DNA from: a virus
DNA: 45,294 nucleotides
Virus record (IMG/VR): IMGVR_UViG_2728369221_000001
Coordinates: 1-45,294 of that record
Reading direction: 5' to 3' (one strand)
Shown: in pieces, positions 1-9,143 of the stretch
Numbering within the stretch: the first letter of the stretch is position 1
Layout of the letters: the number at the start of each line of letters is the position of its first letter
Notes under the pieces: model-generated
The model's database searches: none
What the model saw: the letters and a program-made list of their open reading frames with translations, nothing else
Told to the model about the DNA's origin: nothing
Program-made: the position numbers and the translations under genes

Positions 1-95
1 CGCCCACCAGCATGCAGAGGACGCCATCCGCAACCGCGAACCGTTCACGACGGCCTATTACGTACTTCGAGCGGCACGCATCTTCCGCGCGGAAG
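1..95. repeat. 95-bp terminal direct repeat (copy 1), identical to 45200-45294
   Basis: cgcccaccagcatgcagagg...ttccgcgcggaag occurs at both ends; an ORF reads through the junction in frame. Typical assembly overlap of a circular or permuted genome. Confidence 0.95.
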
Positions 96-199
96 GCAAG
101 CACGACGTCGAACTCGACCACCACCGACTGTTCGACGAGGTCGTCGATCGAACTCCCATCCGCGATGCGCTCACGCAGGCCGTGATCCTCGACGACTGA
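2..199 (+). CDS. 3' part of the origin-spanning ORF that starts at 44781
   Basis: Frame 2 is open (AHQHAEDAIRNREPF...VILDD) and ends at TGA 197-199. Confidence 0.85.
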   Translation, partial: AHQHAEDAIRNREPFTTAYYVLRAARIFRAEGKHDVELDHHRLFDEVVDRTPIRDALTQAVILDD

Positions 200-219
200 C
201 GGCGCCGGCCCACCCTAAC

Positions 220-564
220 ATGTCCTCGGAGAACATCCCCAGAGAGCCGAGTGCGTACCGCCCGACGCTGCATTTCAAGGAACGCTTCGAGGACGCGTTC
301 GACGACCACCGGCGCCACTTGGACGGCGACATCGTCCGGCGCTGTATCACGGACGGCGAGGTCGTCACGCAGGGCCGCAACGCCGCTCGGTTCGTCGAGG
401 ACATCGAGGGCGTCACGTACGCGATCGTCGTCAACCCGCGTTCTCGCTGTGTCGCCAGCGGGTACCCGGTCTCGTTGGACTGGGACAGCGCCGCCGAATC
501 GGGGCGCTGGACCGAGTCGCAGTTAGAAGACATCAACGCGTTTCTCACGGACACATCCCGATGA
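220..564 (+). CDS. Small protein resembling DUF4258/RelE-type RNase-fold proteins
   Basis: 114 aa, acidic; YRPTLHFKERF...IVRRCITDGEV...YAIVVNP...VASGYP pattern. Fold call is by eye. Confidence 0.5.
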   Translation: MSSENIPREPSAYRPTLHFKERFEDAFDDHRRHLDGDIVRRCITDGEVVTQGRNAARFVEDIEGVTYAIVVNPRSRCVASGYPVSLDWDSAAESGRWTESQLEDINAFLTDTSR

Positions 565-820
565 CGTCGTAAGTCCCAGACGGGCAGATCGAGGGCACTG
601 CATCGCTTCGGGACCCGCTGACCCACCCAACCAGTCTCCCCGTGGTACCGGCCAAACTGTCACAGTTCTCGGTGGGATGACGCGGCGTCCTGACTCTGCC
701 GGGCACTGTCCGCCGGCCCGATCACTCGTGGCACAACCGCGAGCCGGGCGCAGCGGCGGTCGCGGTACCCAATCCGTCCCGGTCACATGCTCCACCGAGC
801 ATCCCCTTTCGATACTGACT

Positions 821-912
821 GCCCGACGCTGAGAAGGACAACCACCGCGAGCGCACAATCCGTTAGTTGTGGACCGCCGCGGCGATCGTCGGTTCAAATC
901 CGACCTCGGGCG
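821..912 (+). ncRNA. Degenerate tRNA-like element
   Basis: T-arm GTCGG-TTCAAAT-CCGAC (888-904); acceptor GCCCGA (821-826)/TCGGGC (906-911); anticodon-position stem CCGCG (845-849)/CGCGG (878-882); 5-nt variable loop CGATC; TTTT at 913-916. D-arm is degenerate and the anticodon loop is replaced by a 28-nt hairpin insert. Confidence 0.7.
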
Positions 913-919
913 TTTTATC

Positions 920-1009
920 ATGCACCTACCAGACGATGCGCGAGCCACTCGACCCGCTTGCGCACGATACGACCACCGCGTCGGCGTCGACGCCAACGAT
1001 GCATCATGA
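920..1009 (+). CDS. Possible 29-aa peptide (MHLPDDARATRPACARYDHRVGVDANDAS)
   Basis: ATG 7 nt after the tRNA-like element; stop overlaps the next ATG (ATGA). Confidence 0.4.
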   Translation: MHLPDDARATRPACARYDHRVGVDANDAS

Positions 1010-1338
1010 GCACGACAACTCCCAGCCGGCCATGGTACTGCGTCGACAGGCTCGTCGACGAGTACGTCCGGATCGCGGTCTCGCAGGACGGAGGCAATGA
1101 TCTTCGGATGCTTAAGGCGCTCAAGATCGTCCGCAGCATCCTCGTCATCGCGGCGATCGGCACGATCTCCATCTACGCGCTGTACCTCGGCGCCGACCCG
1201 ACACTCGTCGCCGGCCTCAGCCTCCCGTCGCTCGCGGCCTACGCCGGCGTCGAGGCAGCCGACTACGGTGCGCTCGTCCAAGGCTTCCGCGAGGCACAGG
1301 CCAAATCGCAGTCCACCGACGACACGGAGGGGTCCTAA
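1006..1338 (+). CDS. Membrane protein, 110 aa, about 2 TM segments (holin-like candidate)
   Basis: IVRSILVIAAIGTISIYALYLG and LVAGLSLPSLAAYAGV hydrophobic stretches, charged C-terminus, position just upstream of the terminase genes. Confidence 0.6.
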   Translation: MSTTTPSRPWYCVDRLVDEYVRIAVSQDGGNDLRMLKALKIVRSILVIAAIGTISIYALYLGADPTLVAGLSLPSLAAYAGVEAADYGALVQGFREAQAKSQSTDDTEGS

Positions 1339-1339
1339 G

Positions 1340-1588
1340 ATGCCAGATCTTCCTGACGGCGCCACCGAGGACGAGACCGAGCGTGACGGGTTCTTATCGT
1401 ATGCCATCGAGTGGCACGCATTCGCCCACGGCGTCTACGACGGGATGCGGACGCCCAAAGCCCGCCCGGGCGAGCTCCCCGACATCGAGGACGTCCAGCA
1501 GGAACCGCACTACTTCAAGGGCGGCTACGTCATCGGGACGCTGCTCCAGCTCCTGATCCTCGCCGCCTTCGGCTCCGCACTGTTCTGA
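1340..1588 (+). CDS. Small protein with C-terminal TM anchor, 82 aa
   Basis: Acidic N-terminus then YFKGGYVIGTLLQLLILAAFGSALF; ATG at 1340 directly follows the previous stop. Confidence 0.7.
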   Translation: MPDLPDGATEDETERDGFLSYAIEWHAFAHGVYDGMRTPKARPGELPDIEDVQQEPHYFKGGYVIGTLLQLLILAAFGSALF

Positions 1589-1590
1589 CC

Positions 1591-1728
1591 ATGACCTTCC
1601 GCTGTGTCGGCTGTGATCAAGACGTGCCCTTCGACCCTGCGGGCGAGACCGAGGACGGCGAACCGCTGTGTAACCCTTGCGACACAACACGCCCACGAGT
1701 TCGGACGCCGTGGGGGTGGACAGACTGA
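1591..1728 (+). CDS. Zinc-finger microprotein, 45 aa
   Basis: CVGC...CNPC; starts 2 nt after the previous stop. Confidence 0.65.
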   Translation: MTFRCVGCDQDVPFDPAGETEDGEPLCNPCDTTRPRVRTPWGWTD

Positions 1729-1747
1729 CCAACGGCATCCTGCACGC

Positions 1748-2149
1748 ATGACTAATGTCTTCGTCGAACCGGACGACACGGCAGCGCAGCTACGCGAGTA
1801 CGTCCGGTCGAACCCCGGCGTCCGAAAGGACGAGTACGACTACGACGACGTCGACCCTGTCGAAGGCGCGTGCTACCTGCTCGCCGAGGCCTACTTCCAT
1901 GCCACCAGTGGGCGCGACGCCTTCGATGTCTACCGCCTCGACTGGAGCGAGGTATCCCCGGACTACGAGGGCGCCCACTGGTTTCTCCGTCGCACCGCGG
2001 ACGACATCGTCGTCGACCTCTCGCTCCCGACGCCGGAGGACGGCGTCGATGTGCCCTGGGACGTGGCGCGACACCGTGCGTTTATCACCGGCTACACGCC
2101 CTCGAACCGCACGCAAACCGCGCTCTCGGCTCTCGGACTGGAATCCTAG
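1748..2149 (+). CDS. Putative transglutaminase/papain-like Cys hydrolase, 133 aa
   Basis: EGACYLLAEAY...GAHWFL...IVVDLS gives Cys-His-Asp order and spacing like transglutaminase-fold catalytic triads. Confidence 0.5.
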   Translation: MTNVFVEPDDTAAQLREYVRSNPGVRKDEYDYDDVDPVEGACYLLAEAYFHATSGRDAFDVYRLDWSEVSPDYEGAHWFLRRTADDIVVDLSLPTPEDGVDVPWDVARHRAFITGYTPSNRTQTALSALGLES

Positions 2150-2163
2150 ATGCAATCAACCCC

Positions 2164-2802
2164 ATGAACGACGAGAGTGACGATGCTGAGCGCTGTCCGG
2201 GAACGAACCGGGAAGGCGAGCCGTGCGGCCATCCAGCCGGCTGGGGCACCGACAACGACTCGGGACCCTGCAAGTTCCATGGCGGCGCCGGCGGCTCCGG
2301 TGGCGCACGCGAAGGCGCCGGCGCACCCGAGGGCAACACGAACGGCGTCACGCACGGCGCCTACGCCGATCACAACTCGTACTACCAAGATGTCCTCGAC
2401 GACGACCTCCGGGAGTTCGTCGACGACGTCTTCGCGGACTACCTCGACCGCTACCGTGATCTCCATGGAGACCCCCCGCTGGGGATCGAGTCGGAGCTCT
2501 TCCGTATCGCCGTCACGCACGCGAAGGACATCGGCCTCGATCGGTGGGCCGACGAGAAGCCCGAGGGACTAGAGAGCGGCCACCCGCTCGTTGACGAGGA
2601 GACCGAGATCGTGCCGATCGGCGAGGGCGAGATCGAGAGCCAACGACGGTACCGCGAGTCGGTCGTGCTGGCCGCGCAAAAGAAGCTCTCGAACGACCGC
2701 AGGATGTGGCTGAAAGACCTCGGGCTCCTGGAAGACCCTGACTCGCAGGACGCCCAAGCAAAGGAAGACGTTGCTGATGCCCTGCGCGATGTGTTGCAAT
2801 GA
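2164..2802 (+). CDS. terS: Terminase small subunit, 212 aa
   Basis: C..C..C.FHGG zinc motif plus GAPEGNTNGVTHG, typical of TerS N-termini; ATGA overlap with terL. Confidence 0.8.
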   Translation: MNDESDDAERCPGTNREGEPCGHPAGWGTDNDSGPCKFHGGAGGSGGAREGAGAPEGNTNGVTHGAYADHNSYYQDVLDDDLREFVDDVFADYLDRYRDLHGDPPLGIESELFRIAVTHAKDIGLDRWADEKPEGLESGHPLVDEETEIVPIGEGEIESQRRYRESVVLAAQKKLSNDRRMWLKDLGLLEDPDSQDAQAKEDVADALRDVLQ

Positions 2803-4418
2803 GCACGACTACCAGCTCCGACGCCGGCGTCGACGTCGACACGATCCGCGAGGTTATGGCGCAGTACGCGCCGTCGACGGGCCCGGATCGCTACGCCCGG
2901 TTCATCGAGGACCTGCTCGACCTGGAGCGGACGTTCGTTCAGGACCACATCCTCGCAGCGCTCCACGAACACGAGCAGGTGGTTGTCTCGGCGGCCAACG
3001 GCGTCGGGAAGAGCTATATCGCAGCGGCGGGCGGTGTCGCCGGGCTGCACTGCAACCCGGACACGATCGTCAACGTCACCGCGGGGACGAGCGGGACGCT
3101 GAAGACGAACATCTGGAAGCCCGCCCGCAGCCTCTACCGTGACAGCCCGCTTCCCGAGATGTTCGGCGGGCGCACGATGGACGGCGACCGCGAGATCCGC
3201 ACCGGTTTGGACGACGAGTGGTTCTTCGAGTGCGTCTCCCCGCGATACCCCGATGACCTTCAGGGCCCGCACAACGACCACGTCATCTATATCGTCGAGG
3301 AAGCGGACAAGCCCGGCGTCACGGCTGACCACATCGAGAGTGTCCGGTCGACTGCGACGGACGCTGACGACCGCGTCCTCGTCATCTCAAACCCGCCGGA
3401 CGGGTCGGGAAACATCGTCCACCAACTGATCGAGAACGACGAGTGGCACCACCTCCAGTTCCCGACCTGGGAGTGCCACAACGTCCGCATCGACCGCGGC
3501 CTTGATCAGGGTGAGGAGATTGGCGGGCTCGCCACCACTCACAAGCTGCGGAAGGACTGGCGTGAGTACCACGACGAAGAGTGGCCCGGGCTGGAGCAGG
3601 CGATCCGCTGGTCGGATCCGTGGCTCGGCGCCGATCCCGAAAATCGCAGCGCTGTCCTCCCTGAGAACCTCAACGAACTCCCGAACGACGAGTTCCGCGA
3701 GGATCTCCACTCGTTGTGGTATCGCCGGCGCTGCGGGATCGTCCCGCCGGGCGGCGCCAGCGTGCTCCGGCCGATCGAGCCCGGCGATGTCCGTTCGGCG
3801 TACGACCGAAAGCCCGGCCAGGTCAGGGAGACGCCCCAGGCGGTCGGGATCGACGTTGCCCGGACGACGGACAGCACCGTGATGATCGGACTGCACGATC
3901 TCGAGCTGCGTGTCCACTACGCCGAGCAGGGCGACAACCACGAGCAACAGAAGCCCGAGGTCGTCGACGGGACGGCGTCGACGCCCGGGCTGAGCGAGTG
4001 GCCGAATCCCGATGTCGCCGTGGACAAGGGCTACGCACCCGGCTTCCACGACTACGTCAACGACCGGTGCCCGAACGTGACGGGGTTCCAGAACGGCACG
4101 AAGCCCGTGGCGATGACACGCTGGAAAGACAAGTGGGCAGAGGCGCTCCACCACTTCGGCGAGTTCCTCGAACAGGGCGGCAGTATCGCCAACTCAGAGC
4201 TTCGGAAAGAGGCACTGGCCGCGGCTCGCGTCATCCAGTACGAGGAACGAACGCTCGACAGCCGTGGGAAGAATGGCGCCGAAGTCTATCAGGCGACGTC
4301 GAAGGACGCGATCAAAGAGGAGCTCGGTCACTCGCCGGACTACCTCGACGCCGCGCTGATGGCGCTGTGGGTCGACCGCGTCGACTTCGAGGAAGAGAAG
4401 CCCTCACCAACTTGGTAA
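2799..4418 (+). CDS. terL: Terminase large subunit, 539 aa
   Basis: Walker A AANGVGKS, Walker B YIVEEAD, VISNP coupling motif, nuclease VGIDVAR and HSPDYLDA. Confidence 0.95.
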   Translation: MSTTTSSDAGVDVDTIREVMAQYAPSTGPDRYARFIEDLLDLERTFVQDHILAALHEHEQVVVSAANGVGKSYIAAAGGVAGLHCNPDTIVNVTAGTSGTLKTNIWKPARSLYRDSPLPEMFGGRTMDGDREIRTGLDDEWFFECVSPRYPDDLQGPHNDHVIYIVEEADKPGVTADHIESVRSTATDADDRVLVISNPPDGSGNIVHQLIENDEWHHLQFPTWECHNVRIDRGLDQGEEIGGLATTHKLRKDWREYHDEEWPGLEQAIRWSDPWLGADPENRSAVLPENLNELPNDEFREDLHSLWYRRRCGIVPPGGASVLRPIEPGDVRSAYDRKPGQVRETPQAVGIDVARTTDSTVMIGLHDLELRVHYAEQGDNHEQQKPEVVDGTASTPGLSEWPNPDVAVDKGYAPGFHDYVNDRCPNVTGFQNGTKPVAMTRWKDKWAEALHHFGEFLEQGGSIANSELRKEALAAARVIQYEERTLDSRGKNGAEVYQATSKDAIKEELGHSPDYLDAALMALWVDRVDFEEEKPSPTW

Positions 4419-4424
4419 CTTTTC

Positions 4425-6380
4425 ATGAGTTCAAACACACAGAACGGCGAGCAGCCGGACGCTGGCGAGATCGCCGTCCGGGCGAACGCCGTCATCGACG
4501 GTCTGCGGTGGTCGCTCGCAAACGAGCTCGGCGATTCCGGGCATGACGACCGTGACTGGTACGACACCTTCGGCTGGCCGAACCGCGGCAACAACGCCGA
4601 CTGGGACGCCGACAACTACTACGCGCTCTACCTGCGCAACGCCTACGCGTACGCCGTCGTCGCCCAGAAGCCGAAGACGACGTGGAAGCACGCGCCGGAG
4701 GTCCGCGATCGCGCCGATCAGGACGAAGACGCCCAGCGCGACCCGACCGAGTTCGAGCGGTCGATCACCAAGCTCGATCGAGAGCACGATCTCTGGCACT
4801 ACGCCCACCGGGTCGACCGGATGGCCGGGATCGGCCGGCACGGGCTGCTGGTGATCGACTACGCTGACACGAACGGTCCGGAGGACTTCGAGGCGCCGTT
4901 CACTGGCGTCGAGAACGCGTCGGGCCTCGACATGATCAACGGCTACCGGGTCTACCCGGAGCCGATGATCGAGGACATCGAGTGGGGCGCGCCCGGCTCG
5001 GACCGCTGGGGTAAGCCGGTCGAGTACCAGATCGACCTCGGCGACGACGCCGACGCCGGCACGCAGGATGAGGAGAACACGACGCTCACCATCCACCACT
5101 CGCGGGTGATCGACGTCCCGGCGCGCGTCTTGGACGACGACGAGACGCGTGCCCGACCGCGACAGGAGCCCGTCGTCAACAACATCCTCGACATCGAGAA
5201 GGCGCTCGGCTCGACGGCCGAGCTGTCCTACCGTGCTGCCGACTACGGCCTGAACGTCAACCTCGACCCGGACAAGGTCGACACGTCGGGCGACGCGCTC
5301 GACATGATGGAGGAGGACCTACAGGACTGGTATCACGGTCTGCAGCCGTTCCTTCGCACAACCGGCGCCGAGGTCAACCGCCTTGGCGGCGAGGTGAAGG
5401 ACCCGACTGGGATCGTCGACAACGAAGTGCGCGCGATCTCGACGCAGACGGGCATCCCGCAGCGCGTCCTCGAGGGCGCATCGCTGGGCGAGCTCGCCAG
5501 CGCCGAGAAAGACGAGCGGCAGTACCTCAGCATGATCGGCGAGCGCCAGCAGCAGTACGCCGAGCCCTACATCGCCCGGGCGGTCATCAACCACCACATC
5601 GACGACGGCGTCCTGCCGGAGCCTGCTGGCGAGTGGTTCGACTTCATCTGGCCGGACCTCACCGAGCTCTCCGAACAGGAGGAAGCCAACATCCAAGAGA
5701 CGCGGTCATCGACGGTGGCCAACCTGCAGGCGGCGGTCCCGGGCCTGAGTGGCGAGCGCGCCGAACGGTTCGTCGAGAAGGGCGAGTTCCCCGAGCGCGA
5801 GGACACCACCAGTAACGCACCGCTCGACGAGGACGACCCGCGCGTCCAGCAGTCGTTCCAAGCGCTCACCGGCACGGCGAACGCCACTCGCTACGAGGCC
5901 GGCGGCTGGGTTGCGACGCCTGACGGGAAGGGCCTCGTCGACGACGCCGTCCAAGAGGGCACCGTCGACGGGATGGAGGCCAGCAGCGAGTCGCCCGTGT
6001 ACGCCGTGATCATGCTCGATGAGACGGCGGTCAACTTCTACCATGCCGGTGACCTCGAGGCGGCCGAGGGGCCGGACGTCGACGTTGCGGACCCGGCGGC
6101 CGATGTCGTAGAGGCGAACAGCACCACCAGCACGCTGGCCGCGTGGCTGGATGTTCTCGGCGCCGACATCACGGCCAACGACTGGTCGATGCCGCCGTCT
6201 TGGCGACAGTCCGAGACGCCGGCGCGCGTGATCCTGCTGGATGCGTGGTCGTCGATGGGTGCGCAGTTCGACTGCGGCGGCGCGTGCTGCATGGGCGAAC
6301 TGAAGGATGAGGAATTGTGTGCCTCAATGAAAGATTCCGCGTTGGGGACCACTGCTTGGAGAGGGGGATGGGCCGACTGA
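4425..6380 (+). CDS. Portal protein with C-terminal extension, 651 aa
   Basis: Follows terL; TIHHSRVI, TGIPQRVLEG and FIWPDL motifs typical of DUF1073-like portals. Confidence 0.9.
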   Translation: MSSNTQNGEQPDAGEIAVRANAVIDGLRWSLANELGDSGHDDRDWYDTFGWPNRGNNADWDADNYYALYLRNAYAYAVVAQKPKTTWKHAPEVRDRADQDEDAQRDPTEFERSITKLDREHDLWHYAHRVDRMAGIGRHGLLVIDYADTNGPEDFEAPFTGVENASGLDMINGYRVYPEPMIEDIEWGAPGSDRWGKPVEYQIDLGDDADAGTQDEENTTLTIHHSRVIDVPARVLDDDETRARPRQEPVVNNILDIEKALGSTAELSYRAADYGLNVNLDPDKVDTSGDALDMMEEDLQDWYHGLQPFLRTTGAEVNRLGGEVKDPTGIVDNEVRAISTQTGIPQRVLEGASLGELASAEKDERQYLSMIGERQQQYAEPYIARAVINHHIDDGVLPEPAGEWFDFIWPDLTELSEQEEANIQETRSSTVANLQAAVPGLSGERAERFVEKGEFPEREDTTSNAPLDEDDPRVQQSFQALTGTANATRYEAGGWVATPDGKGLVDDAVQEGTVDGMEASSESPVYAVIMLDETAVNFYHAGDLEAAEGPDVDVADPAADVVEANSTTSTLAAWLDVLGADITANDWSMPPSWRQSETPARVILLDAWSSMGAQFDCGGACCMGELKDEELCASMKDSALGTTAWRGGWAD

Positions 6381-7318
6381 TGGCCGCCACGCACACCCAC
6401 CCGCCGACGGCCAACCGACGAGGGCGGGCGACGTCGACGGTCGTTGAGGAGCAGTTCCTCGACGAGATGCGGCGGCGCTGGCGTCGCGTCCGTGGCCTCG
6501 TCCGGCGGACGATCGGCTACGAGAACGACGCCCTCGGACTGCGTGCGAACGCCGACGAGCGCGAGGCGTTCGACTTCCCGACTGACCGCGGGAAGACCGA
6601 GCAGTTCGTCCGGTGGCTGCGCCGGGCGCTGCGCGACGAGATCCTCGCGCCGATCGACGCCGACGCGGTCGCCGATGGCAGTCACTGGACGGCGGCGTAC
6701 ATCCGGTCTGCGGTCACCCGAGGCGCCAACCAAGCGACGGGGTTGCTCTTCCAGCGCGGCGCCAGCGTCGAGAACATCCCCGACGCGGAGCTGCCCGAGC
6801 GCCCGATCTACGCCAAGACGCTCCGCGATCTCTACACGCGGACCTACGAGAACCTCGAATCGATCACCGATGAGGCGGCGCCGCAGGTTCGGGAGATCGT
6901 CACGCGGGGGTTCGCCGAGGGGTGGCACCCGCGGAAGATGGCGCGTGAGGTGACCGGCGAACTACGCGACATCCAGCGGACGCGTGCCGAAACCTTCTGC
7001 CGGACGGAGACGATCCACGCCCACAGCGAGTCGACGCTCACGACCTACGAGCGCGCCGGCGTCGACACCGTCAGTCACGGCGAGTGGCAGGCGACCCAGG
7101 ACGACCGGACGTGCTCGTTCTGCCGGCGGCTCTCCGGCGCCGCGCTCGCGATCGACGAGATGCGATCGGGCGCCGTCGAGTGGCGCGGCCAGGTCTACCG
7201 GCTGCAGCCGCCGGCGCACCCGAACGGTCGGTGTGTGATCCTGCCGAGCGTCGGTGGCGAGCCGCCGACGTCGCCGCTGGCCGAGCGCGTTCCGGGAACT
7301 GTGCTTTCAGGAGCCTGA
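6380..7318 (+). CDS. Minor head/morphogenesis protein (SPP1 gp7/Mu gpF-like), 312 aa
   Basis: RAETFCRTET, D.RTC..C and PPAHPNGRC motifs; ATG overlaps the portal stop. Confidence 0.88.
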   Translation: MAATHTHPPTANRRGRATSTVVEEQFLDEMRRRWRRVRGLVRRTIGYENDALGLRANADEREAFDFPTDRGKTEQFVRWLRRALRDEILAPIDADAVADGSHWTAAYIRSAVTRGANQATGLLFQRGASVENIPDAELPERPIYAKTLRDLYTRTYENLESITDEAAPQVREIVTRGFAEGWHPRKMAREVTGELRDIQRTRAETFCRTETIHAHSESTLTTYERAGVDTVSHGEWQATQDDRTCSFCRRLSGAALAIDEMRSGAVEWRGQVYRLQPPAHPNGRCVILPSVGGEPPTSPLAERVPGTVLSGA

Positions 7319-7322
7319 TACC

Positions 7323-9143
7323 ATGCACTACACACTCATCGCGAACAGCGTCGACCCCGAGCAGGTGGAAGAGCGGACGATCGACGGCGATCGCCACCTG
7401 GTCGCGAAGAACGTCACCTTCATCCGGCCGATGGAGCTGGCCGGCGGGTACGTCCCCGAGCAGTCGGTCGCCAACTCGGCGCCGGCGTGGGACGAGCAGC
7501 CGCTGACGATCAACCACCCGAAGAACCTCCCCGACCGGCCGTGGTACGACGACGATCACGGCGGCTTCTACGTCTCGGCCAACGACGAGGAGGTCCGCCG
7601 TCGGAAAGTCATCGGCCACGCCGAGAACCCGTCGCTGAACGACGACGGGTCGGTCTCGGCCGACCTCGCGCACAACGCCGATCGCCTCGAGGCGATCGCG
7701 AACGGCGAGGCCGTGGCCCGCGAGGACGCCGAGGCGGCGACCGAGCTCCTGGAGGCGCTCGAGAACGGCGACCCGTTCGACGTCTCCAGCCAGTATTTCC
7801 CGCAGCCGCTCCCGCCGGGCGAGTACGACGGCGAGCACCGGGAGGAGGTCGAGGCGATCGCGAACGCCGACAGCATCGCGATCCTCCCGACCAAGCCCGG
7901 CGTCTGTTCGCTCGAGGATGGCTGTGGGTTCAAGCCCCAGCAGGCGACGGCCAACGCGGGCGTCGTCCGGGCGCCGGTCGCGAACGCCGACCAGGCCGAT
8001 GACCCTCACGGCGAGGACCTGGGCCGCGACTCCACCGGCAACGCGACCAACTACTCCCTGACCGACGTCAGCCCCGACGACGTCGACGAGTGGACGGATG
8101 ACGAGTGGGACGGCAGCGACGCGATCGCCGGCCTGCCCAACCCATCCGAGGACAACGAGGCGGGTGATCTCCTCGACGCAACGCACGCCGTCCACCCGAC
8201 CGGCGAGAGCAACCGCGATGCGAAGGCCAACTGGAAGCTCCCCTTCCGGACGGCGCCGGACGCCCCGGTCAACACGCGGGCACTGGTCGCGATCGACGCG
8301 GCGCTCTCTGGCGGTCGGGGTGGCGTCGAAGGGCTCGGCCAAAACGTTGCGGACGACGTCTCCGAGTGGGTCGGCGAGATGCTGGAGGCGGCGCCGGACG
8401 ACATCTTCGGGTCGACCGATGACGGCGAGCCCTCGGCGAACACGCTGCTCTCACTCGGGAAGCGGGTCGCGTCGACGATCGGGCTGACAGGATCGAGCGG
8501 AGACGAGCCGGCGGAATCCGGTACGGAATCTGGCGTCCCGGAAGGTGGCTACGAAACAGCCCCGACCGACAGCAACCCAGATCGCGGCAGTTCTGACCCG
8601 GGCGACGACCCGGGAGCTACCATGGAACGAGACACTCTTATCAAGCAGATCACGGCGAACAGCGAGATCAAGCGCGAGTCGCTGGAGGGCATGGGCGACG
8701 CCTGTCTCCAGTCGACTCACGAGCACATCGTCGCCAACGCCGGCGGAGACGGTAACGGCGACGACGATGACGATAACGGACAGGCAACGAACACTGGCGG
8801 GCAGACGATCGCCGACCTGACCGTCGACGAGCTCGGAAACGAACTCGCCGACCAAGGCTTCGTCACCGAGGACAGCCTCGAGGACGTCGTCGCCAACGCC
8901 CAACAGCAGACCGAGAAGGAACAGCGCGTCGAGCGGATCGTCGCCAACTCGGCCGAGTACGACGAGGACGACAAGGACGATCTCATGGACACGCCCGAGT
9001 CGGTCCTCGCAGACATCGAGACCGGGCTGTCGAGCAACAGCACACTGCCCGGCGCGACCGGTGCAGCCGACCGTGCGACCGCGAACGCTGGTGGCGACGA
9101 CGCTGACGAGTACCCTGACGGTACCATCGGAGGTGGTGCCTGA
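7323..9143 (+). CDS. Prohead protease/scaffold fusion (DUF2213-like N-terminus), 606 aa
   Basis: Position before the capsid genes; PLTINHP, VSSQY and IAILP..PGVCS motifs; long acidic C-terminal scaffold-like region. Confidence 0.8.
   Translation: MHYTLIANSVDPEQVEERTIDGDRHLVAKNVTFIRPMELAGGYVPEQSVANSAPAWDEQPLTINHPKNLPDRPWYDDDHGGFYVSANDEEVRRRKVIGHAENPSLNDDGSVSADLAHNADRLEAIANGEAVAREDAEAATELLEALENGDPFDVSSQYFPQPLPPGEYDGEHREEVEAIANADSIAILPTKPGVCSLEDGCGFKPQQATANAGVVRAPVANADQADDPHGEDLGRDSTGNATNYSLTDVSPDDVDEWTDDEWDGSDAIAGLPNPSEDNEAGDLLDATHAVHPTGESNRDAKANWKLPFRTAPDAPVNTRALVAIDAALSGGRGGVEGLGQNVADDVSEWVGEMLEAAPDDIFGSTDDGEPSANTLLSLGKRVASTIGLTGSSGDEPAESGTESGVPEGGYETAPTDSNPDRGSSDPGDDPGATMERDTLIKQITANSEIKRESLEGMGDACLQSTHEHIVANAGGDGNGDDDDDNGQATNTGGQTIADLTVDELGNELADQGFVTEDSLEDVVANAQQQTEKEQRVERIVANSAEYDEDDKDDLMDTPESVLADIETGLSSNSTLPGATGAADRATANAGGDDADEYPDGTIGGGA

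Noticed and set aside
1-95. 95-bp repeat as a biological terminal repeat or att site
   Set aside because: It lies mid-ORF with no att or packaging features; most simply an assembly overlap. Real termini need read-end analysis.
821-912. Functional decoding tRNA
   Set aside because: D-stem does not pair, 7:66 is C:C, and no Y-U-NNN-R anticodon loop can be built even after removing a canonical intron.
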